From IMG/VR virus record IMGVR_UViG_3300010938_000017: 64,000 nt of DNA; one strand, 5' to 3'. The notes beneath the pieces are model-generated. The model was not told the origin of the DNA, did not search any database, and worked only from the letters and a program-made list of their open reading frames with translations. This document shows, piece by piece, positions 39,152 through 48,414 of this stretch. The position numbers and the translations under genes were made by a program. The DNA is from a virus. Its lineage: Duplodnaviria; Heunggongvirae; Uroviricota; Caudoviricetes. Position 1 is the first letter of the stretch; each line of letters starts with the position of its first letter.

Positions 39152-39759
39152 TATAAATCATCCTGGGAAACTAGTTCCGGTTGAGGTTCATGATTTGTTA
39201 CTTGTGGGGTTGTTTTTGTCTTTCTAAAGGACGGTTTAGCTACTGGTGCTGCTGTTTGGGCAGGTGCTGGAGTAGATGTTACCGCAGCGGCCGGTTTAGT
39301 ATCAGCCGTTCCTCCAACAGGTGTTGGAGCTTTAGCTGGTGCGGTGGGCTTTGTAGTAGCCTTACCTACAGCAGAGTTACCATCGTCATCTTCAGCTTTC
39401 ATCGATAGCAAAGCACCGAGAGTATAACGACGAGCATAAGTGATACCTGAACCAGACTTCTGCATATCATTATCACCAACAAGCTTCATTGAAGATTCAA
39501 GATATTGACCTGATTCGACATGATAGATCCTGCTAGTAACAAGATTGTGTTCACCGTAACTAAGTACAGGTTGTAACAGTAAAAGACCATTTGCTTCAAG
39601 AAGAGGTTCAACCTCATCCAAGTAAGTATTCAGATCTGCATACTTGCTCTTAAAGAAAGGATTATTGGCAGTTTTAGTAACCGCTTGTAAGTTTGATTTT
39701 ACTTTGGCTAATGCGGGAAGGATTTTATCCAAGCCGCGATTCATATCTAAACCTTTCAT
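39151..39759 (-). CDS. ERF-family single-strand annealing protein
   Basis: NPFFKSKYADLNTYLDEVEPLL and GITYARRYTLGALL parallel P22 Erf (NSFGKYKYRSCEDILEGVKPLL and SSYARKYCLNGLFG). The C-terminus is a low-complexity Pro/Ala/Thr tail. Confidence 0.65.
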   Translation of the reverse strand: MKGLDMNRGLDKILPALAKVKSNLQAVTKTANNPFFKSKYADLNTYLDEVEPLLEANGLLLLQPVLSYGEHNLVTSRIYHVESGQYLESSMKLVGDNDMQKSGSGITYARRYTLGALLSMKAEDDDGNSAVGKATTKPTAPAKAPTPVGGTADTKPAAAVTSTPAPAQTAAPVAKPSFRKTKTTPQVTNHEPQPELVSQDDL

Positions 39760-40073
39760 TTTTTATTTACTCCTCTATTGTTTTTTTCATAAAAATATTC
39801 GTGATTTTTCTTATCCAATTGAATTGCCATACCAGCAGTTTTATCTTCGAAAGGACGTACACTATCAATACGCGCTTCTTTAGTATCCAGATTATAAACT
39901 AACTTAACAATTACAAATTTACGACTATTAGTAGTCGGATCTTGAATAACATCATAAGCAATCAAATCTGATGTAGCTTCAACCGGAACTACTGGTTTTT
40001 CAACCACTACTTCTAACTGTTTATCTGTTAACTTCTTACGAAACTCATCAACCGCATTTTTGATTTTACTCAT
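39756..40073 (-). CDS. hypothetical protein
   Basis: 105-aa ORF. Confidence 0.4.
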   Translation of the reverse strand: MSKIKNAVDEFRKKLTDKQLEVVVEKPVVPVEATSDLIAYDVIQDPTTNSRKFVIVKLVYNLDTKEARIDSVRPFEDKTAGMAIQLDKKNHEYFYEKNNRGVNKK

Positions 40074-40258
40074 TTAGTCCTCGCTCTTTTAAGCATTTCT
40101 TCTAATAGTGTAACACGTTTTTTTAGTAATTCAACTTCTCTATTTAATTTTTCCATATCTAAATTACCCAGGTTATTATCAAACATCGACTTTAACTTAG
40201 GTTTAATCTTCTCTAACGCTTCTACTCTTTGTTCTAAAGTCTTATTACTTTTTACCAA
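40070..40258 (-). CDS. hypothetical coiled-coil protein
   Basis: 62-aa ORF. Confidence 0.35.
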   Translation of the reverse strand: MVKSNKTLEQRVEALEKIKPKLKSMFDNNLGNLDMEKLNREVELLKKRVTLLEEMLKRARTK

Positions 40259-41150
40259 TTTTCACCAATCCCGTCATATCTTTGCCACCTGACTTACAAT
40301 ACTTCTTATAACAACACGACTCTCCATAAGCGTCACAATTAGGGCTTTTACAATCAAAATTACCTTCTTTTATATTAGATAATACAATATCAAATTCATC
40401 AAATGTTTTTTGTATTAATCCTTCAGGGGGCACATCAATTATTACGCTAGTTCTAACTCGTGGTTCATTCTTACGAATTTTCTTTTCCATTACAAAAAAT
40501 GCAGCACCATCGAGAGGATACTTAGGCTTTAATGCATCATAATATACTGCTGTCTGTTTGCCATATTCTTCAGTTTTAATAGAGTCTTCTTTATATTTTA
40601 CAGAAGTAGTTTTATGATCAGGAACAATCAAACGACCATCTTCCCACTCTAAAATAGCATCGACTTTACCATTGATCTCATCACCGATACCATTGGGTAA
40701 TGTAAAGCTTTCCTGAAGCGCAATAACCTTTTTAATTTTAGGGCGAATCTCTTGAGCATACGCAGTAATCAACATTTCACCCTTACGTTGTAAAGATGCC
40801 CATGTCTGAAATTGAACTGGCTTATTCTGAAGATCTGCTTTTTCTTTATCATTAAATACATCCATATCTAAATCAGCTTTGGTATAACGAATGTATTTTG
40901 AATTGGATAAATCCACTATTGAACCATTAACTGTGTAAGTTTTAAAGTTTTTGCGGAATACATCTAATGCTTGTTCTAATGTTGCTCCTTTAAGCAAGGC
41001 TTCAAGTCCAGTCTCAATCAAACTACCAAAGAAAAAAACGGACTTTAATTTTTCGTCACGTAAATATAAGTGATAATGATAAAAATAAGCGCGTGGTGAT
41101 TTTAGATATAATTCTTTTGATGTATGTGAAAGACTAATTACAGATTTCAT
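40245..41150 (-). CDS. Cas4/RecB-like PD-(D/E)xK exonuclease with C-terminal Cys cluster
   Basis: 301 aa with the C-terminal cluster CKSPNCDAYGESCCYKKYC, and adjacent to ERF, a typical phage recombination pair. Confidence 0.55.
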   Translation of the reverse strand: MKSVISLSHTSKELYLKSPRAYFYHYHLYLRDEKLKSVFFFGSLIETGLEALLKGATLEQALDVFRKNFKTYTVNGSIVDLSNSKYIRYTKADLDMDVFNDKEKADLQNKPVQFQTWASLQRKGEMLITAYAQEIRPKIKKVIALQESFTLPNGIGDEINGKVDAILEWEDGRLIVPDHKTTSVKYKEDSIKTEEYGKQTAVYYDALKPKYPLDGAAFFVMEKKIRKNEPRVRTSVIIDVPPEGLIQKTFDEFDIVLSNIKEGNFDCKSPNCDAYGESCCYKKYCKSGGKDMTGLVKIGKK

Positions 41151-41722
41151 TTTATATGATTCTCATAAATCTTTTTAACGCAATTCATAAATATATTAAA
41201 ATCAATATCTCTTTTCATTATATTACAATTGGAACAACAGGGGACAACATTATTGATTTCATAACCTTTATTACTATCAAGCCGATCTAAACCGTTAATG
41301 GCTATCCATCCTCGATTGGCTGTTTCCAAAGTAACATGATTGTCGAGTAATCTCTTATCATTTGTAAAATAAGAATTATAATTTTTTGGGTTAGAACCAC
41401 AATAATAACAATTTTTAGAAATTAATTCAATAAATGCGTCTTTTGAAATCCTAAAATCTAAATTTCGATATTTAGCACCTCTTTTATATTTATCAAATAT
41501 ATAATGATAACTTGCATATCCTGGAGGTTTTGTGTTAATTTCCAAACGTAAACATCCACAAGATCTAGTATGTTGACTTTTTAATTTATAAACGTCTATT
41601 TCTTTTTTATTCCCACACTCACATTGACACAACCAAAATTGTTTATTATTAACTATCTTACTTTTTTGAAGAACAGTTAATTTACCAAATTTTTGATTGG
41701 TTAAATCAATAAATTTACCCAT
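41147..41722 (-). CDS. HNH homing endonuclease
   Basis: GLDRLDSNKGYEINNVVPCCSNCN motif, with an N-terminal CxC...CGC zinc finger. Confidence 0.6.
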   Translation of the reverse strand: MGKFIDLTNQKFGKLTVLQKSKIVNNKQFWLCQCECGNKKEIDVYKLKSQHTRSCGCLRLEINTKPPGYASYHYIFDKYKRGAKYRNLDFRISKDAFIELISKNCYYCGSNPKNYNSYFTNDKRLLDNHVTLETANRGWIAINGLDRLDSNKGYEINNVVPCCSNCNIMKRDIDFNIFMNCVKKIYENHIK

Positions 41723-41999
41723 TATTATCTTTTTTCACAATCCCGTAATTTCTATCTCTTTCCTCAGTTGCAAAATTATATCCAAGATGAATCAAGGCTT
41801 TCTTAGCCTGACGAAGTAGCACGATATAATTCTTAGTATTACCACCCTGAACAAGTGCTTTACCATCATGATTTACAATTTCAAATGTGAAATTTTCTCT
41901 ATCGATAACAATCCTGACGTTCTCACCACTAGTAGTGCCATAAGTCTGTCTAGAAATTCCAATCGCGCCTTCAAAATCGTATCTAATTCGTTGATGCAT
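41715..41999 (-). CDS. hypothetical protein
   Basis: 94-aa ORF. Confidence 0.35.
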   Translation of the reverse strand: MHQRIRYDFEGAIGISRQTYGTTSGENVRIVIDRENFTFEIVNHDGKALVQGGNTKNYIVLLRQAKKALIHLGYNFATEERDRNYGIVKKDNNG

Positions 42000-42029
42000 A
42001 TTTTCTCCTATCTCATAATGATACGATCA

Positions 42030-42284
42030 TTAAGGTGTATTGTCAATAGAATGTTCTTCAAGAAGCGCCTCTATTGCTTCATACATAACTAAGCGAAATC
42101 TCTTGATAATATGGCGTTTCGTATTCGATCTTAAACCAGTAGCCTTAGCTACTAAGTACATTTGTTCCCAAGTAAACCATATTTTATCATCATCATCGAC
42201 TTGTTTTAATATTGGTTTTTCCTTAGTGTGTTTTTGTAAAAGGTCACAATAAGGCTTACGATGTGCCGAAAATCTACGTTTCAT
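42030..42284 (-). CDS. hypothetical protein
   Basis: 84-aa ORF. Confidence 0.35.
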   Translation of the reverse strand: MKRRFSAHRKPYCDLLQKHTKEKPILKQVDDDDKIWFTWEQMYLVAKATGLRSNTKRHIIKRFRLVMYEAIEALLEEHSIDNTP

Positions 42285-42745
42285 TTTATATAAACCTTTA
42301 CCGTAATATCTTTAAATGTGCTTTCCAGGATTGCTTTTACAATGTTCCAGTCGCCACCGGCTAGTCCACATCCGATCTTTGGCATAGCGACTACATTAAT
42401 TTTATACTGTTTACAATAGTTGTATAGTTCTTCCATGCAGGAAACTAATGCATCGTAAGAAAGATACTTTTCACCATCTCCACCGTAATATTGTTGTGTA
42501 AAACAATTAGCTACCTGTTTACCATGACGTTCAACGTAAAATACATCGATCTTACCAAGAAAGTTTTCACCTTCAGGTCCAGCATTAAACTCTTCAAACA
42601 TATCGTGATACCATTGCTTAACTCTAGGCCACTTCTCAAATAAGGCTTTAGCAACACCGCTCCCCATAACGCCTTGGCAATTAACGCCGTGCGCTATAAG
42701 TGGAGCATCAGTATCTAAAAGATCACCCTTTATTTCCTGAATCAT
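42281..42745 (-). CDS. macro-domain protein (ADP-ribose binding/processing)
   Basis: The sequence IKGDLLDTDAPLIAHGVNCQGVMGSGVAKAL matches the macro-domain G-D-I-x...A-N and G-x-G-G-V signatures. The start is set at an ATG with an AAAGGGGAAG Shine-Dalgarno. Confidence 0.7.
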   Translation of the reverse strand: MIQEIKGDLLDTDAPLIAHGVNCQGVMGSGVAKALFEKWPRVKQWYHDMFEEFNAGPEGENFLGKIDVFYVERHGKQVANCFTQQYYGGDGEKYLSYDALVSCMEELYNYCKQYKINVVAMPKIGCGLAGGDWNIVKAILESTFKDITVKVYIK

Positions 42746-42917
42746 CTTTCTTCCCCTTTGGTCTAGGATTTCTTGTATCCATAACAAAAGACCAGTATTT
42801 ACCCCATTCACCAGTTTCGAGATGAGGACCTTCACCAGTCTCTTCATAACCAGATATCAAGCCGCGTTTCCTTTGGCTCTCAACTAGTTTCCAAAACTTT
42901 CGTTCTTTTCGATTCAT
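42723..42917 (-). CDS. small basic ORF between NAMPT and macro genes (uncertain)
   Basis: 64-aa ORF without a clear Shine-Dalgarno. It overlaps the longest version of the macro ORF. Confidence 0.25.
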   Translation of the reverse strand: MNRKERKFWKLVESQRKRGLISGYEETGEGPHLETGEWGKYWSFVMDTRNPRPKGKKDDSGNKG

Positions 42918-42922
42918 TTTTC

Positions 42923-44407
42923 TTAGGCTCGTTGACTTGTCAGCTTGTTACGGATATCTGCAAAGGTCTGTTCACGAATTAGCACACCATTCACGAACAC
43001 ATCCTGAAGTAGGTTGTGACCTGTGGCCGTAGCTTGTTCTTCATCCTTTTTCAAGAATCCATCGATGTAACCAATTGTACCATCAGCTTGCACTAGTACA
43101 ACCACTTTGCCTTTTTGAGAGATCTTAGTACCATCATCAGTCTTCGGTGCCTTAAAGATCTGACGCTCATCACCGTTAATTACTGCATACGTAGACTTAA
43201 GAGCGAACCCAAAAGTATCACGAGTATTATAATTATAGGTATAAGAGCCAATGCCGTAGACGAGGTTAGTAGTTGCGAAACCTTTTTCTTTAAGTTGATC
43301 GCAAATCGCTTGGCATCTTTCCAACGTGATTGCATCTCCATAGATACAACCAATATGAGAATCAAGCTCTCTATAGCCAGCAGAATTAGTCGTTCCGCCA
43401 AAGCTATCCCAAAGCGTTTCAACAAGGCCTTTGCGTTCTGCTTCAGTCTTTGCATCTTTATCTCCACAGATAATTTTAACCGGATCGCCAGAATCAGGGC
43501 GAATCACAAGTTTACCGTTACGAGCCATAATTTCAGTTTTCAATACAGGAAGAACTACTGTCACTACATTCCAAAAATCAGTAGTATCACTCACTACCGA
43601 TACAATACCTGAGGGATACAGTTGAGTAAGAATGCGACGATAAGCCGCTACTTCATCAGCCCCATAGGCCGACATGATTGAGTGCTCTGTAGCAGGTACT
43701 GAACAACCCACAAGCTCCTTTTCAACGTTAGCACCATAGTAGTGCTCTACGTAAAGGATTGCCGGAATGGTATCAGTGCCAACAAACGACAACAAGTGAC
43801 CAGCCCCGCTTAACATAGCCGATTCATTGCTACTCATACCACGATAGCTGAAGTCATGACCTTGGAATGGAACAAACTCTTGCGATCCACCAGTGTCTTT
43901 GGCACCCTTATTCAGGATTGTTCTGTATTGATTAGCGATGGTGGCGCTAGTGGAAGGTCCCCATAGTTCGGACGACATAAGGGTTTCAATGAAGTTAGTC
44001 AGCCAATAGAAACGAGGATCGGTATTCTCAATGGTCAACATCGGAACACGCAAAGGAACCAAGGTGCCTTCTTCTACTGCTTTGATTCGCAGAGGGAGAT
44101 AGCCTAGCTCATGCAGTTCAACAATGTGATCTGTCTCAGGGTTAGCAACCCCAAGAGTATTCTTAATGATACGAGTATACTCAGAGAGTACGTCAACGAT
44201 ATCACGATCAAAGAAGTTTTGATCGAAGTACGCGATCAGATATTTCTTAATGAAGCCCTGAAAACCAAAGGCCACAACCTTATTAACACCATCAATCCTG
44301 CTTGTACGAGGAGTCCAAGTAGAATATACAACTTCGGTTTTAGCTGGATAAAGCGAACGATGCGAGATCTTATAGAAGTCACACAATAACATTACTGACG
44401 GTTTCAT
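42923..44407 (-). CDS. nadV: nicotinamide phosphoribosyltransferase (NAMPT/NadV-like)
   Basis: The 494-aa length and overall composition fit type II PRTase/NAMPT, and it is adjacent to a Prs homologue. Confidence 0.8.
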   Translation of the reverse strand: MKPSVMLLCDFYKISHRSLYPAKTEVVYSTWTPRTSRIDGVNKVVAFGFQGFIKKYLIAYFDQNFFDRDIVDVLSEYTRIIKNTLGVANPETDHIVELHELGYLPLRIKAVEEGTLVPLRVPMLTIENTDPRFYWLTNFIETLMSSELWGPSTSATIANQYRTILNKGAKDTGGSQEFVPFQGHDFSYRGMSSNESAMLSGAGHLLSFVGTDTIPAILYVEHYYGANVEKELVGCSVPATEHSIMSAYGADEVAAYRRILTQLYPSGIVSVVSDTTDFWNVVTVVLPVLKTEIMARNGKLVIRPDSGDPVKIICGDKDAKTEAERKGLVETLWDSFGGTTNSAGYRELDSHIGCIYGDAITLERCQAICDQLKEKGFATTNLVYGIGSYTYNYNTRDTFGFALKSTYAVINGDERQIFKAPKTDDGTKISQKGKVVVLVQADGTIGYIDGFLKKDEEQATATGHNLLQDVFVNGVLIREQTFADIRNKLTSQRA

Positions 44408-44559
44408 ACTAACTCCACTTGTTTACGTTTTTTAACAATTACTTTATCATCTTTTTCTTCTGGGCCACGGCATTGTAGTTTAACTGTATGCTTACGTTGC
44501 TCCAAAACTTCAGCTTCAATTTCCATATCGAATTTCAATGAGTATTATTTAGCTTTCAT

Positions 44560-44976
44560 TTAGTATTGTTTCTCATATTTAACGTTGAATTTTTTAGGAA
44601 AGTTCTTTTCTACAAAGTTAACTAATCTTTTAACAACGGAAGCAGAGGCGTGTTTTGACTTCTCTCTTTGCATAATATATTCAAAGTAGTTTGATAATGC
44701 ACCTAAATAATTCTTTTCATTAAGCAATCGTTTAATATTGTGATCAACTGCTGTTCCTCTACAATAACCCATCGCTATTTCACTAAGAGTACTGGTAGGT
44801 GCAAGATTTAAAACTCTTTTATCCAAAGAATTTTTAAGGACAGCGCCGACCGCACAAACAAAACATGATTCCGAATATATATTAGTTTTTTCATCCTTAA
44901 AAAAAGCACCAGCTCTAAGTGGTTCAGTTTTAATAGCTTTAATTACTTTGTTTTTAGTTAGCTTAAGTGTTTTCAT
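44560..44976 (-). CDS. hypothetical protein embedded in the NAD cluster
   Basis: 138-aa ORF between NAMPT and the Prs-like gene, with no recognisable motif. Confidence 0.4.
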   Translation of the reverse strand: MKTLKLTKNKVIKAIKTEPLRAGAFFKDEKTNIYSESCFVCAVGAVLKNSLDKRVLNLAPTSTLSEIAMGYCRGTAVDHNIKRLLNEKNYLGALSNYFEYIMQREKSKHASASVVKRLVNFVEKNFPKKFNVKYEKQY

Positions 44977-45763
44977 ATTTCCTCACTGTAATTTGACCTT
45001 GAACTTCACTGACTTCTCCATCTTTAGTGAAGATTCGGTTAATCTTAGCTTCCTTTAATGGTCGCAATCCTTTTGAATAGATACCATGACTAGTATAAAG
45101 ACTAACTGACTTAGCTCCACTATTATAGAGTTCTTTAGCCAGTAATACAAACGTCATACCACCATCACAAATGTCATCAATGATCATTACGTCTTTATCA
45201 TAGACGGTACCATTCATATCATTAAGTGTATATTTAGTGATATTGCCTGTCAACTGATCACGTTGCTTTTCACCATGAGCCACTGAACGATTAAGGAACG
45301 CTAGGTTCTTTGCATATCGCAGTCTGGCACCACGATCAGGAAAGCACAACACATCAGGATCACACGCTTTAACCGCATTGGCGATCTGAACAACAGGAAA
45401 GATATTGTGAAAATTCTTGATAAGAAAGATAGGTTCATCGCTGTGTGAATCAATAGCTGAGATCTTGTCTAACTTCAATGTATTCAAGAAGTTAGCGAAT
45501 GTCCTTAAAGCGAATGTGGATTCATTGCTGATCTCTTTATCTTGACGACCATAAGGCAGGTAATCCATAGCCAAAGAAATCTTCTTTACTTTCATAGACC
45601 TAAGCAGGTCAACCAGTTGGGCTAGGTGAAACAGTTCTGCCTCTTGAGAGAATTTCCAATCAATCATGGCAATGTCACCAACGATGAACGGAAGCTTCCA
45701 AACCTGTGAAGTCTGGTCACTAAAACGAGTTACCTCAATTGGATAACTATTTACGCTAATCAT
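44963..45763 (-). CDS. ribose-phosphate pyrophosphokinase (Prs) homologue, short form (266 aa)
   Basis: RFSD...VW, LPYGRQDK (resembling Prs IPYFGYARQDR) and the PRPP-binding loop VMIIDDICDGGMTF are present. Confidence 0.8.
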   Translation of the reverse strand: MISVNSYPIEVTRFSDQTSQVWKLPFIVGDIAMIDWKFSQEAELFHLAQLVDLLRSMKVKKISLAMDYLPYGRQDKEISNESTFALRTFANFLNTLKLDKISAIDSHSDEPIFLIKNFHNIFPVVQIANAVKACDPDVLCFPDRGARLRYAKNLAFLNRSVAHGEKQRDQLTGNITKYTLNDMNGTVYDKDVMIIDDICDGGMTFVLLAKELYNSGAKSVSLYTSHGIYSKGLRPLKEAKINRIFTKDGEVSEVQGQITVRKYENT

Positions 45764-45907
45764 TTTAACCCCTAGTTACTGGCACCGAATGAAAAGGAAT
45801 CGGTATCAATTTACCATCATACCACAGCCGATATCAACACCGACAGCAGCAGGACTATCACATCCTGCTGCAAATATTAAGAATAATACCAGAGCTACTT
45901 GTTTACA

Positions 45908-47353
45908 TTAGCGAGTCGAGGCTCCGTTAGACTTACCCGAACCATTCAATGCCGAAGCAGAGGGAGCCGGTTTAGCCAAAGTCTTGGTCAAGTTACCTAA
46001 CAGACCAGCGCCTTGTTCACTATTATTCAAAGCCTCAAGCATGGCACCAACTTGAGTGCCACCATTAGCAGTAAACAAGTCCATCACATTCGTCAAACCT
46101 TGGGTAGGTCCTGCTCCAGTGTTGGAGATAACCTTAATATCGGCATGGCCCAAAGCCTTAGCTTGCTCAACACCCACAGCTTGAGCGGCATGAATCTTTT
46201 CAATAGTAACGAGATACTCTTGATATTCCTTATTGCCACCAATCTCTTTAGCCAAGGTAATCTGTGCAGATACAGGAGCTAGTTCCATTGCCTTTGTAGC
46301 TTCAGCACGAGCAGTACCTTCAAGACTAATACCTTCAGCCTCGCGGCGCTTTGCTTCCAGATCGCCTTCAGCAACCAGAGTAAGTGTTGCCTTCTGTGCT
46401 TCAGCATTAATAAGCTGGGTTTGCTTTTGGCCTTCAGCGTTAATAACCTGAGTTTGTTTAATCTGTTCAGCCTTAACTATTTCAACTTCACGAGCAATTT
46501 CAGCGGTACGAACTTGTTGAACACTAAACACGTTCATCTCTTTCTCTTTAGTCACCTTTTCTTGTTCCTTAATTGCCTGAATCTTCTCTTGTTGAGCAAG
46601 GGCAACCTGACGTTCATTCTGAGTTGTACGCAGACCTACTTCTTGTTTTGCATTTTGATCCTGCAAATCAATTTCTTTCTTAGCTTCAATCTCAGCGATA
46701 GAAGCAACGCGCTTATTCTTAGCAACCTCAGTACGAGATTCCATTTCGATATGCGATTGTTTCTTAGCCATAATGTTCTTAATCACAGGGCTATCTTTAG
46801 AGTCACGAATGTCCATCAACTCGATGTTTTTAACAGTCGAAACACCCCAGTTCTTAAGCTGTTCAGCCACTTCTTTAGTGAACTGTTCGCCAAATACTGA
46901 GCGACCTTGCAGGATTTCTTCAATGTCGTAACTGGCCAAGACCACACGTACTGCGCCTTGAACAATCGAGGTCAATTGATCATGTAGTTCTTTAAAGGAA
47001 CTAACACGTTGAGCGGCAGTATTGCTATCAGAAATACGAAAGAAAGCCATAATGTCAACTACGAAAGGCAAGCGGCCTTTATCATAAGCTTCGTAGTTAT
47101 CAAGACGTAGTGAAAATACACTAACAGGCAAGATAATCCTGGTCACTCCAAAGAAAGGAACAAACGAAGGCCATTGATAATAAACGTTACCGTTACCAGT
47201 GTCTTTACCGTAACTAGTAGTTTTACGTGCCGATTGAACGGTATGTACTTCATTAGTCGATACTACTCGACGAAATACGAAAGCTACGAACAGGAACGTT
47301 GCGAGAGCTACGACACCTAATGTACCGAGAGCCGTAAGTGTAATTAGATCCAT
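45908..47353 (-). CDS. SPFH/band-7 (flotillin-like) membrane protein
   Basis: An N-terminal TM (LGTLGVVALATFLFVAFVF) is followed by an SPFH-like region and a long EA/EK coiled coil of flotillin type. Confidence 0.65.
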   Translation of the reverse strand: MDLITLTALGTLGVVALATFLFVAFVFRRVVSTNEVHTVQSARKTTSYGKDTGNGNVYYQWPSFVPFFGVTRIILPVSVFSLRLDNYEAYDKGRLPFVVDIMAFFRISDSNTAAQRVSSFKELHDQLTSIVQGAVRVVLASYDIEEILQGRSVFGEQFTKEVAEQLKNWGVSTVKNIELMDIRDSKDSPVIKNIMAKKQSHIEMESRTEVAKNKRVASIAEIEAKKEIDLQDQNAKQEVGLRTTQNERQVALAQQEKIQAIKEQEKVTKEKEMNVFSVQQVRTAEIAREVEIVKAEQIKQTQVINAEGQKQTQLINAEAQKATLTLVAEGDLEAKRREAEGISLEGTARAEATKAMELAPVSAQITLAKEIGGNKEYQEYLVTIEKIHAAQAVGVEQAKALGHADIKVISNTGAGPTQGLTNVMDLFTANGGTQVGAMLEALNNSEQGAGLLGNLTKTLAKPAPSASALNGSGKSNGASTR

Positions 47354-47486
47354 TAGTTATTCTCCTTATATTCTTGTTTAAGTTCTTTATACAAAAGTCG
47401 GGAACATTCATTCATCAGCTAGTTCAACAGTACCACTAGAGAAACGGTTACGTCTACTCTTATTTACGGTAATATAGCTACGTGGA

Positions 47487-47882
47487 TCAGTAGGAGGAGC
47501 CTGAGTTCCAGTCGCCTGAGTTCCTGTTGCCTGAGTTCCCGTTGCCTGAGTTCGTTTTATTCATAAAAAAATCTAAAAGATATGAATGATCTAGTTCTTT
47601 AACTATTCTAATTTTTGAAGTACAAGTTTTATCTTGTTCATCAAGAGTTGGACCAATTGCCTCAATTTCACAAATCCTGGTGTCAATACTTTTCTTATAA
47701 TAATTATATACATCCAAAAGATTTTTACAAAAATGAAAACCATTTGAACACATTAATAGTTCACCTTCAACTTCATAGGTTTTACCTACTTCAAATTGAA
47801 AGTCTTTACACTTAAGATCTTTATCAAAAGCTTTATAACCTTTCACTTGACACCTCTTCTTCGAGAAACTTTCCAAAGACAT
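47487..47882 (-). CDS. hypothetical protein with C-terminal NSG pentapeptide repeats
   Basis: The C-terminus reads GNGNSGNRNSGDWNSGSSY and is encoded by a 15-nt tandem repeat. Confidence 0.45.
   Translation of the reverse strand: MSLESFSKKRCQVKGYKAFDKDLKCKDFQFEVGKTYEVEGELLMCSNGFHFCKNLLDVYNYYKKSIDTRICEIEAIGPTLDEQDKTCTSKIRIVKELDHSYLLDFFMNKTNSGNGNSGNRNSGDWNSGSSY
47499..47555 (-). repeat. 15-nt tandem repeat (gcctgagttccNgtN, about 3.7 copies)
   Basis: Read directly from the sequence; it lies in-frame in the 3' end of the gene at 47487-47882. Confidence 0.7.
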
Positions 47883-48118
47883 TGACGCACACGTTCTCTA
47901 GTCACATTAAACTTCTCAGCAATTTCATTCACATCCCAACCATCTTTATACATTATTGCCATAAGAAGATAGCGAGGATAATAAGGTTTAAGGGAATAAC
48001 GATTCACAATTGCATAAACATCAAGCTTATCTCTAGACGGATAATCAGAATTATTATGACGACTATTATTTTTATAAATATCTTTAAAAATATCTACCAT
48101 AGATCTTCGCATTAACAT
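47843..48118 (-). CDS. sigma-70 region-4-like helix-turn-helix protein
   Basis: The C-terminus EIAEKFNVTRERVRQCLWKVSRR matches the sigma region 4.2 HTH (compare LGVTRERIRQIE). Confidence 0.5.
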   Translation of the reverse strand: MLMRRSMVDIFKDIYKNNSRHNNSDYPSRDKLDVYAIVNRYSLKPYYPRYLLMAIMYKDGWDVNEIAEKFNVTRERVRQCLWKVSRRRGVK

Positions 48119-48414
48119 GTCCCAACAATATTAGGGTTAGAACTCATCTTTTCTTCTTCAATTTCTGGTACTATAATTTTAACAGTTTCTGGATATATTG
48201 TCAATTCTACATATTCTTTCTCACTGATTGCTAGTCCAAAGCATACACCCCATTTAAACGCCTCAGAACAGGCTTTAGTCGTTGCATTATCCATATGAAA
48301 GGTAGGTGCCCGGGACATAGCCTTTTTGTAGTTATAATAGCATATAGCGTGAAATACCCCTTGCCAAAAGAAATAGTCTGCTGCTCCAAAATATTGCATT
48401 ATTTCTTCTCCCAC
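48112..48414 (-). CDS. hypothetical protein
   Basis: 100-aa ORF. Confidence 0.4.
   Translation of the reverse strand: MGEEIMQYFGAADYFFWQGVFHAICYYNYKKAMSRAPTFHMDNATTKACSEAFKWGVCFGLAISEKEYVELTIYPETVKIIVPEIEEEKMSSNPNIVGTC

Noticed and set aside
46013-46900. Plus-strand ORFs (46013-46282, 46233-46451, 46421-46900) inside the SPFH gene, and similar plus ORFs at 43115-43612, 32888-33217 and 50787-51200
   Set aside because: They are antisense to strong minus-strand genes, have no Shine-Dalgarno, and have Leu/Ser/Phe-rich low-complexity translations typical of spurious frames in AT-rich DNA.
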